DNA of 64,000 nucleotides from Piromyces finnis finn (Eukaryota; Fungi; Neocallimastigomycota): the NCBI GenBank assembly GCA_002104945.1, contig MCFH01000001.1:1054001-1118000 (forward strand), given 5' to 3'. Each line of letters opens with the position of its first letter. Within the stretch, counting starts at the first letter, position 1. This document shows positions 1 to 12,267 of this stretch, in pieces. The position numbers were made by a program, and so were the translations under genes. The notes beneath the pieces were generated by a model. It searched no databases. It was not told the DNA's origin and saw only the letters and a program-made list of their open reading frames with translations.

Positions 1-313
1 TAAACTTTGTCTTTTTTAATTTATTTATATATAAATAATTTATAATTAATATAGAATCAAATTAATTATTATTTAAATAAAATCCTTTTTTATAAACTAA
101 AAAAAAGTTCAATGACACCATAATAATAAATACTTACTCTAATTTCACCTTGAATACTTTTATAGACTCTTTAATTCTAATATATCTATCAATTTTGTTT
201 TAATGATTCAGAAAATTTAAAACTATAAATCAATTTTAATTTTCATTTCTTATACCGTCAAAGGCAGTAAAAGACCTCAACTTCCCACCAATTTCAATAG
301 TTAATAATAAATC

Positions 314-1804
314 ATGGCTCAACTAAAAAGATTTTATAGCAAGGTAAAATTATTAAAAAAAAAAATAAAATAAAATGTAAAATGAAAATTATGTACTTAT
401 TTATTCTTTTTTAAAAATTATACAGAGTTCAGGATTTATTATTCTATTAATGCTCTTTATTACTGGACTTGATTTTTCAATTTTGACATCAATATTCCCT
501 ACTATCATTTTAGAAAACAACCTAATTAAAGAAAATAATATATATATATTATCATTCTTAGTTTCATTTTTAATATCCTTCAATGGTAAGTTTATATATA
601 TATTGTATTTTTTGGTATATTGATAATGTATTATTTATTAATTTATGTTGTTATTATTATCCCTACATTTAGTATTTTCAAAATCAGGGAAATTAATAAA
701 CATTATTGTGGTATTATTGAACATTTCAAGTTCATTTGTCTTATATTATGAAAGTAATAAATTACTTTTTACAGTGAGCTATTCCCTAAAAGGATTATCT
801 ATAGGTGGTCTTTTAAGTTTAATGTTTCATATGCTAGCAAATAAGGAATACTATGAAATTCAAAAGTATATATATTTAAAATAAAAATTAACCATGAAAA
901 TAAAAGAGATAATAAAACTAATCAACAATATATACATATATTATATTATATTTATAAAAATAATATTAAAAGAAAATCTATATCAATAACGGCATGTTTT
1001 TCATTAATAATAGGCTCATTGCTTTCAATATTAATAAAATGGATAAAGTAAGATATACCAAAAAAAAAAAAAAAGTAGTCTTTATAAAATAGCTATTAAA
1101 ATTAAAAGGTTAACATTACTTGTTTATTCTTTTTTATAATTAGCTGGAAATTATTATATTTATTTTCTATCCCATTTTCAGTTAGTCTTTTGATATTATT
1201 ATTATGGACTAAACAAATTAACAATAAAGACAGCAATAAATCGTATTTCAATGGATTTGATTATTCAGGAATAATTATTTTATATAGTAATGATTCAAAT
1301 GTATTATAATTATAATACTAATATAAGTAAATGCAAAAAATTTTACTAAATTATTATTTTATTTATAACAAGGTTGTGTCTTTTGTATATTCTTATTAAA
1401 TAATGCTACTTTTGGTAACTATTTCATTTTCAAGTTTTCTTTTTATTAGAACGAATAATTTATTAATAGTACAATTGATTATATATATTATTTATTCAAT
1501 ACGCATCATCCTATTATCATCATCATCATCCTATTACGCTTTTTTAAGATACAAAATGGAAATATTATATTATTCAATTTTCACTGCCATTCATGTGTAT
1601 AATATTTTTTATAATCACGGAATCATTAAATAATGAAAAAGTAATTCTTCCAATTAAAGCAAATATTTTTTATCTTTTCAGTTGCTGTTTTGGTTTTTCA
1701 TATCTAATGGATACAAATAAACAATCCTTTTTAATTCGTAAATATCAAAGAAGTATTTATGTCATAAATTATATGAGAAACGACAATTAATTACTAATAC
1801 ATAT

Positions 1805-1851
<47 letters not shown>

Positions 1852-4460
1852 TTATTAGAGATTATTCATAACTTTTCAATAATTGAATATGAATATTTAA
1901 TTATTGGTTCAAGGTATATAATATGTATAAATTTATTTATTATAATATCTTTTTAATAATTATACTTTTTTTTTTTTTTTTAATTTTTCTTAATTTATTA
2001 TAATAGTATATTTTGTATATTTCTTATTATCATTTGTTTAGTATTTAGAAAACTTAATGAATACACTCCCATATTTTATGTCACCTTTGGAATGGTTATA
2101 ATTTTTATCAACGCATATATATTTTTCTCATTCAATATTTCAACTTCTTCAATCATAATCGTTATTTTCACATTATTAAATACAATTGTTTTTTCCTTTA
2201 CCATTACAAATCTTTATGTAATGATGAAAGACACTCACAAAAACAAATGTAAAAATACAATTTTCAACAAAATAAAATATAATCTCTATTAGCTAGTAAA
2301 AAAAAAATCATATAATAAATTTTTATTAATATTTATACTTTTTTTCTTCTTCCTTCATTTTAATAGGTTCTATATACATTTTAAAAGATTTAATAAGATA
2401 TTATGTATCAGGAAGAATACTAAACTCTTTTGTTAATAAGTAATTTCATTTTTATTTATAAAATTATAATTTAATTAGCATAAAAACTAACTAAATATAT
2501 ATAAAGTATATTATTCCAAAACTATTTTAATGATTATACCGAACTTTATCTTGGAAGTGTTTTCGGCAGTTTTGATGGTAAGGAATACAATAAATGATAT
2601 TCATTATTATCTCTGATAACATAAAAAATAACCTTTTTTTTTTTCTTTTTACATTTATTACAATATGAATATTATAAATAATATTAATATCATTATTATT
2701 AATTAATTTATATATATTTTTTTTTTGTAGTTAAAAATTTTAAAAATGCATTAATCTATTTCAACGATATTATTAAAGATGTTTACTATGATTCAATAAG
2801 AGAATGTTATTCGTATATTACTCTAATAGGGTTAACCTTGTTGATTCTTTTATATATAATATTATTAATATATTTCATTCAGTCTAATCAAAAGATCATG
2901 ACTTCAATTTCAAATAAATTGAATAACGTATATCAAAATATTAGTGAAATATTTATACACTATTATGATTCATTTTCCGATAATAATAATTGTAATTATA
3001 ACAATAAAAATAATGATACATTAAGTTATATAAGTAGCTTCACTAAAAACTATGACAAAGAGCAAATTAATAATACCAAATTTAATGATGATGTAAATAT
3101 TCAAAACTCAAAAAGAAATAGTAAATTACATGTTAATCCAGAAAGAGATTCAATATTTAATGTAAAATATCCAAAAAATTTTGTTAAAGTATATAATGAT
3201 ACTATGTACAAACCAGTAATTAATAAAAGCTTTTTAATGAATGATAATGGTAATTTACCATATGAGACGGACGATTCATCTAAAAGAAAAAGTTTTCAAT
3301 CTTTTGTTGATTTTGGTAAAAGAATTTCATCAATAGATTTATATAGTCCAATAAAGAATGCAAATTTGAGTAATAAAATAAAATCACCTATTCAAACACA
3401 TATTAATCCATTAATAAATGGTATTTACAATAGACTTAGTTTTATGTCATCAAACTCATTACCATATGCTGATGAAAGTAATAATTATTCAAGTCCATTG
3501 TCAAATAATTTATACCTTGAATTATCAGATATGGATAATGATGACGAAGCTGGTTCTAGAAAAAAAGAAAATGACAACCTTTTAAAGGATAAAAAATATA
3601 GGGTGGTTGATAATGAGCAAAATAAAAGCTATGATGATTCTTATTTATTAAAAAAAAGTATTAAAAGCGATACATCCTTCAATACTATTTCCAATCATGA
3701 AGTGTATCATTCCTTAAATTTAGCAGATCAACATAAAATAAATAAACCTAATTCACTTTTTAGCGTAGAAAATAAGGAGAATAGTGCCATAAATAATTTT
3801 GATGATAGGCATCCTTATTATGATAAAAATGATAAAGCATCAATATTAACTTCATCTTCTTCCAACAAGAGCAAGAAAAGTAAAATTCGAAAAGATGAAG
3901 TAGTATTTTTTGATATAAATAAATTAAATAAATATCATAAAGAATATAGTCGAAAAAATAATCAATCCCATGGGAGTATTCCTAAACTACCATTAAATAA
4001 TAAAAATATTTATGAAAAGAAATTGATACATAACTACCAAGAATCATTAAATAATTCTATTAATTCTATAAATAATTCATTCATTAGTAATATTAACACT
4101 ACAACTACTACTAATAGTAATAATAATAATAATAATAATATACATGATACAAATGAAAATAATGGAATACAAGAAGATAAACATCATCATAATATTAGTA
4201 AAGTTAGCATAATAAATATAAATGATATTTATAATGATAAAATGCAAAAAGATATTTTTGAAAATCATAAAAAAGGTGTAACCCAACAATCCAATGATAG
4301 TAATCCTTCATCAGATATTATATCTGATAGTATTAATAATATTTCAAGCTATGGATCTAGTTGTTCCGATATTATTGAAAATGCTTTAAATATTAAAAAG
4401 TCATTTAATATTTATTCTTCCTCCCTACGTCATAATTTAAATGATAACAAGGAAATTTAA
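314..4460 (+). CDS. Multi-exon MFS transporter (DHA2/14-TMS-like, diverged) with long N/S/K-rich C-terminal tail
   Basis: Manual splicing gives phase-compatible GT-AG introns. Exons: 314-343 (MAQLKRFYSK); 426-585 (LMLFITGLDFSILTSIFPTI, resembling DHA2 TM1); from 673 (..SLKGLSIGGLLSLMF..); from 973 (ACFSLIIGSLL); from 1144 (WKLLYLFSIP...FDYSGIIIL); an exon containing ORF 1593-1790 (FIITESLNNEKVILPIK); further exons at ~2040-2577; terminal exon 2731-4460, which contains ORF 2838-4460 (donor at 2578, phase 1, matches the acceptor at 2729-2730). The middle exon boundaries are not all resolved. Confidence 0.7.
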
Positions 4461-4879
4461 TCCTCCATTAACATATATATTACCAAAAAAAAAACAAAGT
4501 TTTCATTCAATGGTCAACTTTTTTATTTAATTAATTATTTATTTATTATTTATTTATCCTATAATAATCTATTTATTCATTTATATTTTTTGATATTTTT
4601 GTTATACACAAACCTATATTTTTATAATATATTTATAATTTATTTAATGTGAAAATATTCAAAATTTTCAATTAAAAAAAAAAACATAATTTCATATTTT
4701 ATTTATCAACTAAATATCTATTAAATTATCAAATTATCAATATCAATATCTATCTTTTTTAATATATAAATTAAAATAAAAAAAAAAAAAAGTTAATGCA
4801 TAAAATGTAATAAATAAAAAAGAACATTTTTAATAATACTAATAATGATATATAAAAATAAAAAAAAAAAAAAAAAAAA

Positions 4880-4890
4880 GGTTCGATTCC
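4880..4890 (+). promoter_or_regulatory. Isolated Pol III B-box consensus (GGTTCGATTCC), possible extra-TFIIIC-type site
   Basis: Exact match to GGTTCGANYCC, flanked by an A-run (4860-4879) and T19. No A-box or tRNA cloverleaf nearby. Confidence 0.4.
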
Positions 4891-5007
4891 TTTTTTTTTT
4901 TTTTTTTTTACCTAGTTTATACATTGAAGATTTTTTAAATATTACACAAAAGTTGTTTTGTTTTGTTTTGTTTTTTTAATATTTATTAAAGAAATCTTAT
5001 TTATCGA

Positions 5008-6609
5008 ATGAGGCTAAAAAACAATACAATGGATTTAGAAAAAGTAGTGTATAATAAAATATTTGTTTCTTTTATTGCAATAATGTGTTCTATATTATGG
5101 GGAAGTGAATTTTCAATGAGTCAATTAAGTTATGAAGAACTTTGCATTAATCATATTCACACTATATTAATATTTTCAGGGATATGTTTTTTTTTAGCTG
5201 GTTGTTTAATTATTTTGATAGAAAGTATTTGTAAAAAACAATGGATGATCCTACCGAAAAATGATTTCCTTTCTATTTCTATTATAGGTTTTCTCCATAC
5301 CTTTTTACAATGTTTATTTTTCAGTATTGGTTTAATTATGACATCATGGGAAAAAATATCTATTTTATGTTCTTTGGCGACTTGTTTTACCTTAATGATG
5401 GCCCATTTTATATTTCATGAAGATCAATTAACATTCAAAAAAATAATTGGCAGTACATTTGGAATTATAGGGGTTACCCTAATAAATCTAAACTTTTATG
5501 ATGAAAATAATGATAGTAGTCATTCCACTAATAATAATAGAATGAATTCTATTATTGGTCATGGAATGATAATTTTATCATCACTATGTTCTGCCTTAGG
5601 TATACTACTCTTAAAAATTAAAGTTTCACCTACCAAAAAAGATTTTTATATCAGCAACAAGAATTGGAAGATTTTTAATAGGCTTATTAAAAAAAGACTC
5701 CCCTACTTAAAAGAAAAAATGAAAAAAGAAGAAGAAGAAGAAAAACAAAAAAAAACTTTATCCCAAGTTAAACAAAATTTAAATTCAACAAGTATTGAAA
5801 TTACAACCCCGGATTTAAATACCTTTGAAAATGAAATAATTCATTATCCATTAAATTTTGATATGTTTTTTGATAAATCATATTCTTTTACTAAGGATAA
5901 AGACATTGATGAAAAAACAGAATATATTCCTTCATTAAAGCATGCTAAACTTAAAATTCCGGGTTTCAATGAATATACTCTAAGAAGTTCGTATTACTCT
6001 ATATTTACAAACCATAATTCTTTGATATTTAATAATTATCTAATTGAAGAAGAAAGTCATGAGAAAATTTTAGAAAGGGCAGAAGTATCTTCACGTCCTA
6101 GTAAAGTACTAAGTAAAGATTCTGGTGACAATAGTTATATCAATACTAGTAAAAATAAACAAGATTCAATGGAATATGAAATGAAACCTAATAAAGATAG
6201 CTCAATACATCAAATAGTGGAATTATACTCACATGATAGTAGCGATATTATTATGATGACAGGCTATCAAATGATCATAGGATCACTACTATTAAGTATT
6301 GTCGGACTATTGTGGAATATTTTTTCCAATGCAGATTACAATAATAACCTCGTTAAAAAAACAAAACTATCTTTATATGTATATATAATTATTGGAGTGA
6401 TTGTAATAACCACTGCATTAACATTCTCCTTATGGAATATCTTGATGAAATACAATTCAATTTGTTTTCTTTCGTTTTTTAACTTTTTAATACCTATATT
6501 TAGTAAAATTTTTTCGGGATTATTCTTTAGAATAGAATCCATCTTTTCGGCTTTTAATTTAGTATCCTTAATTTTAGTATGCCTTGGAATTGGCATAGCT
6601 TCCTTTTAA
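5008..6609 (+). CDS. DMT/EamA-family transporter, diverged copy with ~200-aa hydrophilic loop insertion
   Basis: Intronless 533-aa ORF with about 10 hydrophobic segments. It aligns by eye with the neighbouring gene (ILWGSEF/FLWGSAF, DQLTFKKIIG/DRITIRKAVG, DIIMMTGYQM/DIIMITGYQM, FSLWNILMKYN/FSIWNTLIKFN, FNFLIPIF in both). Confidence 0.85.
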   Translation: MRLKNNTMDLEKVVYNKIFVSFIAIMCSILWGSEFSMSQLSYEELCINHIHTILIFSGICFFLAGCLIILIESICKKQWMILPKNDFLSISIIGFLHTFLQCLFFSIGLIMTSWEKISILCSLATCFTLMMAHFIFHEDQLTFKKIIGSTFGIIGVTLINLNFYDENNDSSHSTNNNRMNSIIGHGMIILSSLCSALGILLLKIKVSPTKKDFYISNKNWKIFNRLIKKRLPYLKEKMKKEEEEEKQKKTLSQVKQNLNSTSIEITTPDLNTFENEIIHYPLNFDMFFDKSYSFTKDKDIDEKTEYIPSLKHAKLKIPGFNEYTLRSSYYSIFTNHNSLIFNNYLIEEESHEKILERAEVSSRPSKVLSKDSGDNSYINTSKNKQDSMEYEMKPNKDSSIHQIVELYSHDSSDIIMMTGYQMIIGSLLLSIVGLLWNIFSNADYNNNLVKKTKLSLYVYIIIGVIVITTALTFSLWNILMKYNSICFLSFFNFLIPIFSKIFSGLFFRIESIFSAFNLVSLILVCLGIGIASF

Positions 6610-6937
6610 ATAATTTATCTTTTAATTTATTATTGTATTTATTTATTGTATACACGTGTTTTCATCATGATTAATTTTTCTATTATATGATTTGAAAAAT
6701 AAAATATTTTTTTAATTAAATTTTTTTAAAATAAAAAAAAAAAAGTAAAATAAAAAAAAAAGTTTAAAAATATTAAAAAAAAAAAGAAAAAGAAATTTCA
6801 ATTTTGAAATCCGATGAAATTTCAAAAATAATAATTAACTTGTTTAAAAGAAAATTAGAAATTAAAGTTATAAATTTATATTAGATAATATATAAATAAT
6901 CGATAATATATTGTATATATGTATATATATAAAAAAA

Positions 6938-8128
6938 ATGGATTCAAATAATTTAGATTCAAAAAATACAAAGGTTGAAATTAATATTAATGATGATATT
7001 AATGAGAAAGAAATAACCGATATAACAGTCAATGATTTAAACAATGAAACCATTAAAAATGAACAACAAGAACCAAAAGTTGTTGAAAAAGATAGTCGTT
7101 TAAAAAGAATATGTGTTAACCGATTTTGGATGTATGTATTAGCTATAATATGTACCTTTTTATGGGGTAGTGCATTTCCAAGTATTAAATTGGGTTATGA
7201 AGAATTTCATATTAATAGTCAAGATTTAAAATCAATCTTTTTATTTGCTGGTATGCGATTCACTTTTGCTGGTTTAATGATTGTTGTTGCTTATTGTATT
7301 ATAAAACGAAAATTAATGATACCAAAGCTTTGTGAAATGCCCGATATTTTAACATTAGGTTTTATTGGTATTACCATGCAATATATTATATTTTACTTTG
7401 GACTTAGTAATTCTACTGGTGTTAAATGTTCCATTATTAATTCATGTAATACCTTTTTTACTGTTATATTAGCACATTTCTTATTTAAAAATGATAGAAT
7501 AACCATAAGAAAAGCCGTTGGTTGCGTTATTGGTTTTTTGGGGGTAATCATTATTAATGTAGGTCTTGATTTTATTTTTGGTGGAGAAAAAGAAAATAAA
7601 AAATTAGAATGGTCTTTTTCGTTTAAAGGAGAAGGTGCTATTATGACTTCATGCTTTTTAAATAGTATTATTTCAGTTCTTATAAAAATAATTACAAAAA
7701 AGGGTTCTCTCTATAAATTTAATAGAACAGAAAATGATAAAACAGAAAAAAAGAAAAAACTTGACATCATCATGATTACTGGTTATCAAATGTTTTTAGG
7801 GGCATTAGTTATTGATATTATTGCCTTTATTTGGATGATCATAACACCTATTGAACAAATTGAAGGTTCTACAGAAAAACCTTATAGAAACGTTAGTTTT
7901 AAGGGTTACCTTTTAATGATTCATATGTCTCTTTTATCTGCTGTAGCCTTCTCTATTTGGAATACTTTAATTAAATTTAATGATGTTGGCAAAATTGCCT
8001 ACTTCAATTTCTTAATTCCTATTTTTGGTTCAATTTTATCTGGTCTTTTCCTTGGTGAAGAATTATTTAAAGTTGAAAATTTAATTGCTTTAATATTAGT
8101 ATGCATTGGAGTTATCATTGTTTGTTAA
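6938..8128 (+). CDS. DMT/EamA-family transporter, bacterial (Firmicutes-like) type
   Basis: Intronless. ATG at 6938 follows an A-run (the ORF-track start at 6911 is a TTG). Motifs CTFLWGSAFPSIKLGY, LFAGMRFTFAG and FLIPIFGSILSGLFLGE are typical of two-repeat EamA proteins. Confidence 0.9.
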   Translation: MDSNNLDSKNTKVEININDDINEKEITDITVNDLNNETIKNEQQEPKVVEKDSRLKRICVNRFWMYVLAIICTFLWGSAFPSIKLGYEEFHINSQDLKSIFLFAGMRFTFAGLMIVVAYCIIKRKLMIPKLCEMPDILTLGFIGITMQYIIFYFGLSNSTGVKCSIINSCNTFFTVILAHFLFKNDRITIRKAVGCVIGFLGVIIINVGLDFIFGGEKENKKLEWSFSFKGEGAIMTSCFLNSIISVLIKIITKKGSLYKFNRTENDKTEKKKKLDIIMITGYQMFLGALVIDIIAFIWMIITPIEQIEGSTEKPYRNVSFKGYLLMIHMSLLSAVAFSIWNTLIKFNDVGKIAYFNFLIPIFGSILSGLFLGEELFKVENLIALILVCIGVIIVC

Positions 8129-8820
8129 AAGGATAGCAAAATCAAATAAAAAAAAAAAAAAAAACTTTGAGATTTATACAGAATTAATTATAAATAGAAA
8201 AAGAAAAAGAAAAAAATATATTTATCTATCTATCTTTATAAAGCTTTCCATAAATATATATAATATATTTATATCTATTAAAAATACCATAAAATATTAG
8301 TACATACTAGTATAATATTTAAAATATCTATATATAATTATAGATAAACATTATTTCAATAAATAACTATTTATTACTTTAATAAAAAAAAAGAAATTTC
8401 AATCATGTAATAATAAGATTTAGAATAAGTTAAATTACAGTATTTAAAAAATAATAAAAAAAAAAAAAAATATTTATTTAATAAATATATATATAAAGTT
8501 TTTTCACTTTAATAATTCTTGTAATATAAAAAACTGTAGTGTATTCTATTTCTAGTCTAAAAAAAAAAAAATTATAAAATTTTATATTTACAAAATATAC
8601 AAAATAGATAAATATCTTTCAAGTTGAAATATTCCATCTTTATACTAATAATTGATAATAATCATTAAAGAATAACCATTAATATTATAAAATAATAATA
8701 TATTTTATTTATAATAATAGTTTGTTTTAAAAATGAAATCATTATTTATAAATATTAATATAATCAAGGAAGTTATATATCTTATATATAATTTACCATT
8801 TTTCAAGGTTAAAAAGTGTT

Positions 8821-9035
8821 TTTTATTATGTTTATTATTATTATTATTATTATTATTATGTTTATTATTATTATGTTTATTATTATTATGTTTATTATTA
8901 TTATTATTATTATTATGTTTATTATGTTTATTATTATTATTATTATTATTATTATGTTTATTATGTTTATTATTATTTATCATTATTATTATTATGTTTA
9001 TTATTATTATGTTTATTATGTTTATTATTATATTT
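8821..9035. repeat. Imperfect (TTA)n microsatellite interrupted by TGT
   Basis: Units of tttattatg and ttattatta. Explains spurious ORFs 8705-8983, 8733-9059 and 8816-9040. Confidence 0.9.
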
Positions 9036-9150
9036 ATTAAATTTGAAACATTAACTTAATGATTAATAATTACTTCACTATCAAAAAAAAAAAAAAACTA
9101 TAGGTATATTTATATAATAAGTCATAATTTTTTTTTTTAAATACTTATAT

Positions 9151-9891
9151 TTAATGAAGAAAATTGTAAGAAACAATAATAGTTATAAAAATTAAATATA
9201 ATGAAAATATATATTGTTTTACGGAATAGGACTTTTCTTGACTTTCATTTTTTCCATAATTACTTCTAATTCTATTACAATCAGGGGAATTAATATAATC
9301 TCGAATATATTTAAGGCTTGACATTACACTATCTTCATGAATAAGTCCAATATTATATAGATCGTAAATACCAATATAGGATTCATCAATGTATTGGGAA
9401 CAAGAATTGTCTAAACAATAACTTTGTAATAGATTTAAGTTATAAAATTCACTGCTACTTATATCCTTTTTAACCGTTTTTGATTTTTGAAAAATTTTTG
9501 ATATGGGACAGAATTCCCCATTTTTACTTCTATAACAAAATAGATTTGATATATCATTAGCACTAGTGATAGCATTACTTAATATTGTTTGATTGTCTTT
9601 TTCACATTCTTTTATTTTACTTTGAGCATCGTTTAGGATTTCTCTACAATTTTGACTATTAAAAGTATCACAATATTTATTATAATCGGGTAAACTATCA
9701 CTATCACGATAATCAATCAAGCAATTTATAAGGCCTTTAATAGTTGTTTTACATGCTAAAATTTTGGTAGATTTTTCAACCGTATTTATTATATTAAGAT
9801 AATCATTTTCAGGGATATATTCCTTTGAATATACCATTGATAAATTTATCAATTTAATAAAAAATAATAATTTATATTTATTATATAACAT
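9151..9891 (-). CDS. Secreted 10-cysteine protein, probable GPI-anchored or membrane-tethered surface protein (copy 1)
   Basis: 246 aa with an N-terminal hydrophobic signal, 10 Cys and a C-terminal hydrophobic tail. Same Cys spacing as 10648-11352. Confidence 0.8.
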   Translation of the reverse strand: MLYNKYKLLFFIKLINLSMVYSKEYIPENDYLNIINTVEKSTKILACKTTIKGLINCLIDYRDSDSLPDYNKYCDTFNSQNCREILNDAQSKIKECEKDNQTILSNAITSANDISNLFCYRSKNGEFCPISKIFQKSKTVKKDISSSEFYNLNLLQSYCLDNSCSQYIDESYIGIYDLYNIGLIHEDSVMSSLKYIRDYINSPDCNRIRSNYGKNESQEKSYSVKQYIFSLYLIFITIIVSYNFLH

Positions 9892-10647
9892 ATTAAATAA
9901 TTGATAGCCCTTTTAATAAATAATATTAAATAATAATAATTTATGGATATTCTTTTTTATTATTATTATTCCTTCTATATTTACACTATATATATATCAT
10001 ATTAGCTATAGAAAACGTATTTATTTTTAAAAAATAAAAAAAAAAAAAAAAAAGGAAAAAATAATTATATCAAGTATTAATTATAATTTATTGATTTATA
10101 ATGGTCAATTATCCAAATCATTTATTAATTAAAGTGATTTGTAAAAGCTAAAATATAATTTAGAGAATTTAGCGCACGTTATTGTATTATGTTTCAAAAC
10201 TTTAATTGTTATATATTTCAGAATTTATAATTTTATTTTATAGCTTTTGAAGTTCTTGGAAGAACAAATAATCCTTAGAAAAAATCATGTTTAAAAAGTT
10301 TAATATTAATATAAAAACAACAATAATATATTATAATTTTGTAACACAAATAAAAAAAATAAAAGAATCAAAATAAAGATAGGTAGATATGTATATTTAT
10401 TGATTTAGAAAAATAAAGAAAAAAAAAAAAACATAAAAAACTGAATATACAATATGTATCACACCTTGATGTTATTATACAAAAAAAGATAAAAATAATA
10501 AAATATTATATTATAAATTGTAATTTTGTGATGATAAAATAGTATAAAATACCAAGTAGATTTTTAAAAGTTACTCAATGATCTATTCACTATTATTATT
10601 TTTTTTTATTGTTATTACTAGAAAATTGTTAGTTTCAATAAAAGATT

Positions 10648-11352
10648 TTATAATATAAAAAGGTATAATAGTATAGTAGAGATAAATATTACTATAAATG
10701 AAGCTTGAAATTGTTGATATCCAATATTATATATAAGATAGTTTTGACAATCCTCCGATTTTAAATATAAACTAATGTCTGATTCAGTTTCCAAAATATC
10801 AATATTTTTTATTATTCCTATATCATTTAATAATTGCATTGCTTTATAACTATTTTGAATATAATTGTAGCAACTCTTTGTTTTACAAAGATCATTTAAA
10901 AAATTGGTATTATTAAAATGTTCCACTGTTATTTCTTCATTTAATGTAGCATATTTTTGAAAAAGTTTTGAAATGGGACAATATTCATTATCCGAATCAA
11001 CATAACAATAAAATGATAATATCGAATAATCTTCATTAATTATGTCAATTAATTTATTTTGAATAGGTTTACTGCATTTTGATAAAGTTTTATCCATACT
11101 TTTTTGAATGGTTTGGCATGTTCCATTGTTAAATGTTTCACATATATCATTAAAATCTATAATGGAATTCTGATTTCTTCTTAATATACAATCCTTAAAC
11201 AAATTATATACTGATATACATTGTGCCGATTCTTCTTCAATATCAACATTCTCAATATTTTTAAAATAGGATAAAAATGTTTCGGAAATACAAAATTTTA
11301 TTAAATTTAAAGAAATAAATATATATATAATTTTATAGTTTAAATAATTCAT
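10648..11352 (-). CDS. Secreted 10-cysteine protein, probable GPI-anchored or membrane-tethered surface protein (copy 2)
   Basis: ATG at 11352 (the track start at 11394 is a GTG). Signal-like N-terminus, hydrophobic C-terminus, and the FCPISKIFQK/YCPISKLFQK motif shared with copy 1. Confidence 0.8.
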   Translation of the reverse strand: MNYLNYKIIYIFISLNLIKFCISETFLSYFKNIENVDIEEESAQCISVYNLFKDCILRRNQNSIIDFNDICETFNNGTCQTIQKSMDKTLSKCSKPIQNKLIDIINEDYSILSFYCYVDSDNEYCPISKLFQKYATLNEEITVEHFNNTNFLNDLCKTKSCYNYIQNSYKAMQLLNDIGIIKNIDILETESDISLYLKSEDCQNYLIYNIGYQQFQASFIVIFISTILLYLFIL

Positions 11353-12079
11353 TATGATATTAATATTATTTATATAAATTTTGGTTGTTTTCACTATGTT
11401 TAGTTTTGCTATTTCGTTTTGTTTTGTTTCGTTTTTTTTTTTTTTTTTAATTCACAATATTCTAAATTATATTATATCGTTTATATTTTTAATATCCATT
11501 AAAATCTAAATTGTATTATATATTTATGTATATATATACGAAATAAAGTAACCTTTAATAAAAATAAAAATTTGTTATATCTATCATTATCATTGTCATT
11601 GTTTTAATAGAAAAAAAAAAATATGTATTTAAATCTTTAACTTTTTGTGTAGTTATTATAAAAAGGTATATCAATTATATATGTTACTTTTTTTATAATG
11701 AATACTATATAATAATAATCTAAATAGTAGTTTGAACCAATATTTTAAATACAAAAAAAAAAAAAAAAAAAAAAAAAATAGTCATTAAAAGCAAATTAAC
11801 AAAAATTTTGATTATCTATATTAACATAAAAATAACCGAATACCTATTCCAATTTTTTATACCTTAAATATTATGAATATCTTTTTGAAAATTTCATTTT
11901 AAAATGAATTAAAATTAAGGTATAAAAGTTTAAATCTAAACTTAAAGTAGTAGTGTATTGTATTGAATTAATTCAATAGAAATTAAAAGGTATATTTAAT
12001 GTGTTTCTACATAACTCATAAAAAAAAAAAAGCATTTTATCATAATATATTTTTAATTAAAATGTCTATATAATTAAAA

Positions 12080-12110
<31 letters not shown>

Positions 12111-12267
12111 ATTTTTAAAAATCATACTTCTTTCCTATTTTTCCTTTTAATCACAAATAATGATAACTTTCCATTCATATTGTTAATTTTTTTTCCTATT
12201 TTTATAGTGTTGTTTTATGACATTTTTTTATTAATTAAATATTTCCACTTTTTTATTTTTATAGTTT

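Noticed and set aside
256-583. Possible antisense spliced gene overlapping the MFS 5' end (ORF 401-583 and a short open stretch at ~256-323)
   Set aside because: Splice phases do not join and stops follow immediately. The plus-strand model fits MFS motifs.
4860-4960. tRNA gene at the B-box
   Set aside because: No A-box, D-arm, anticodon arm or acceptor stem. Reported only as an isolated B-box.
8705-9059. Three overlapping ORFs (poly-N/H, poly-L, poly-I)
   Set aside because: They are translations of a TTA-based microsatellite, open in several frames.
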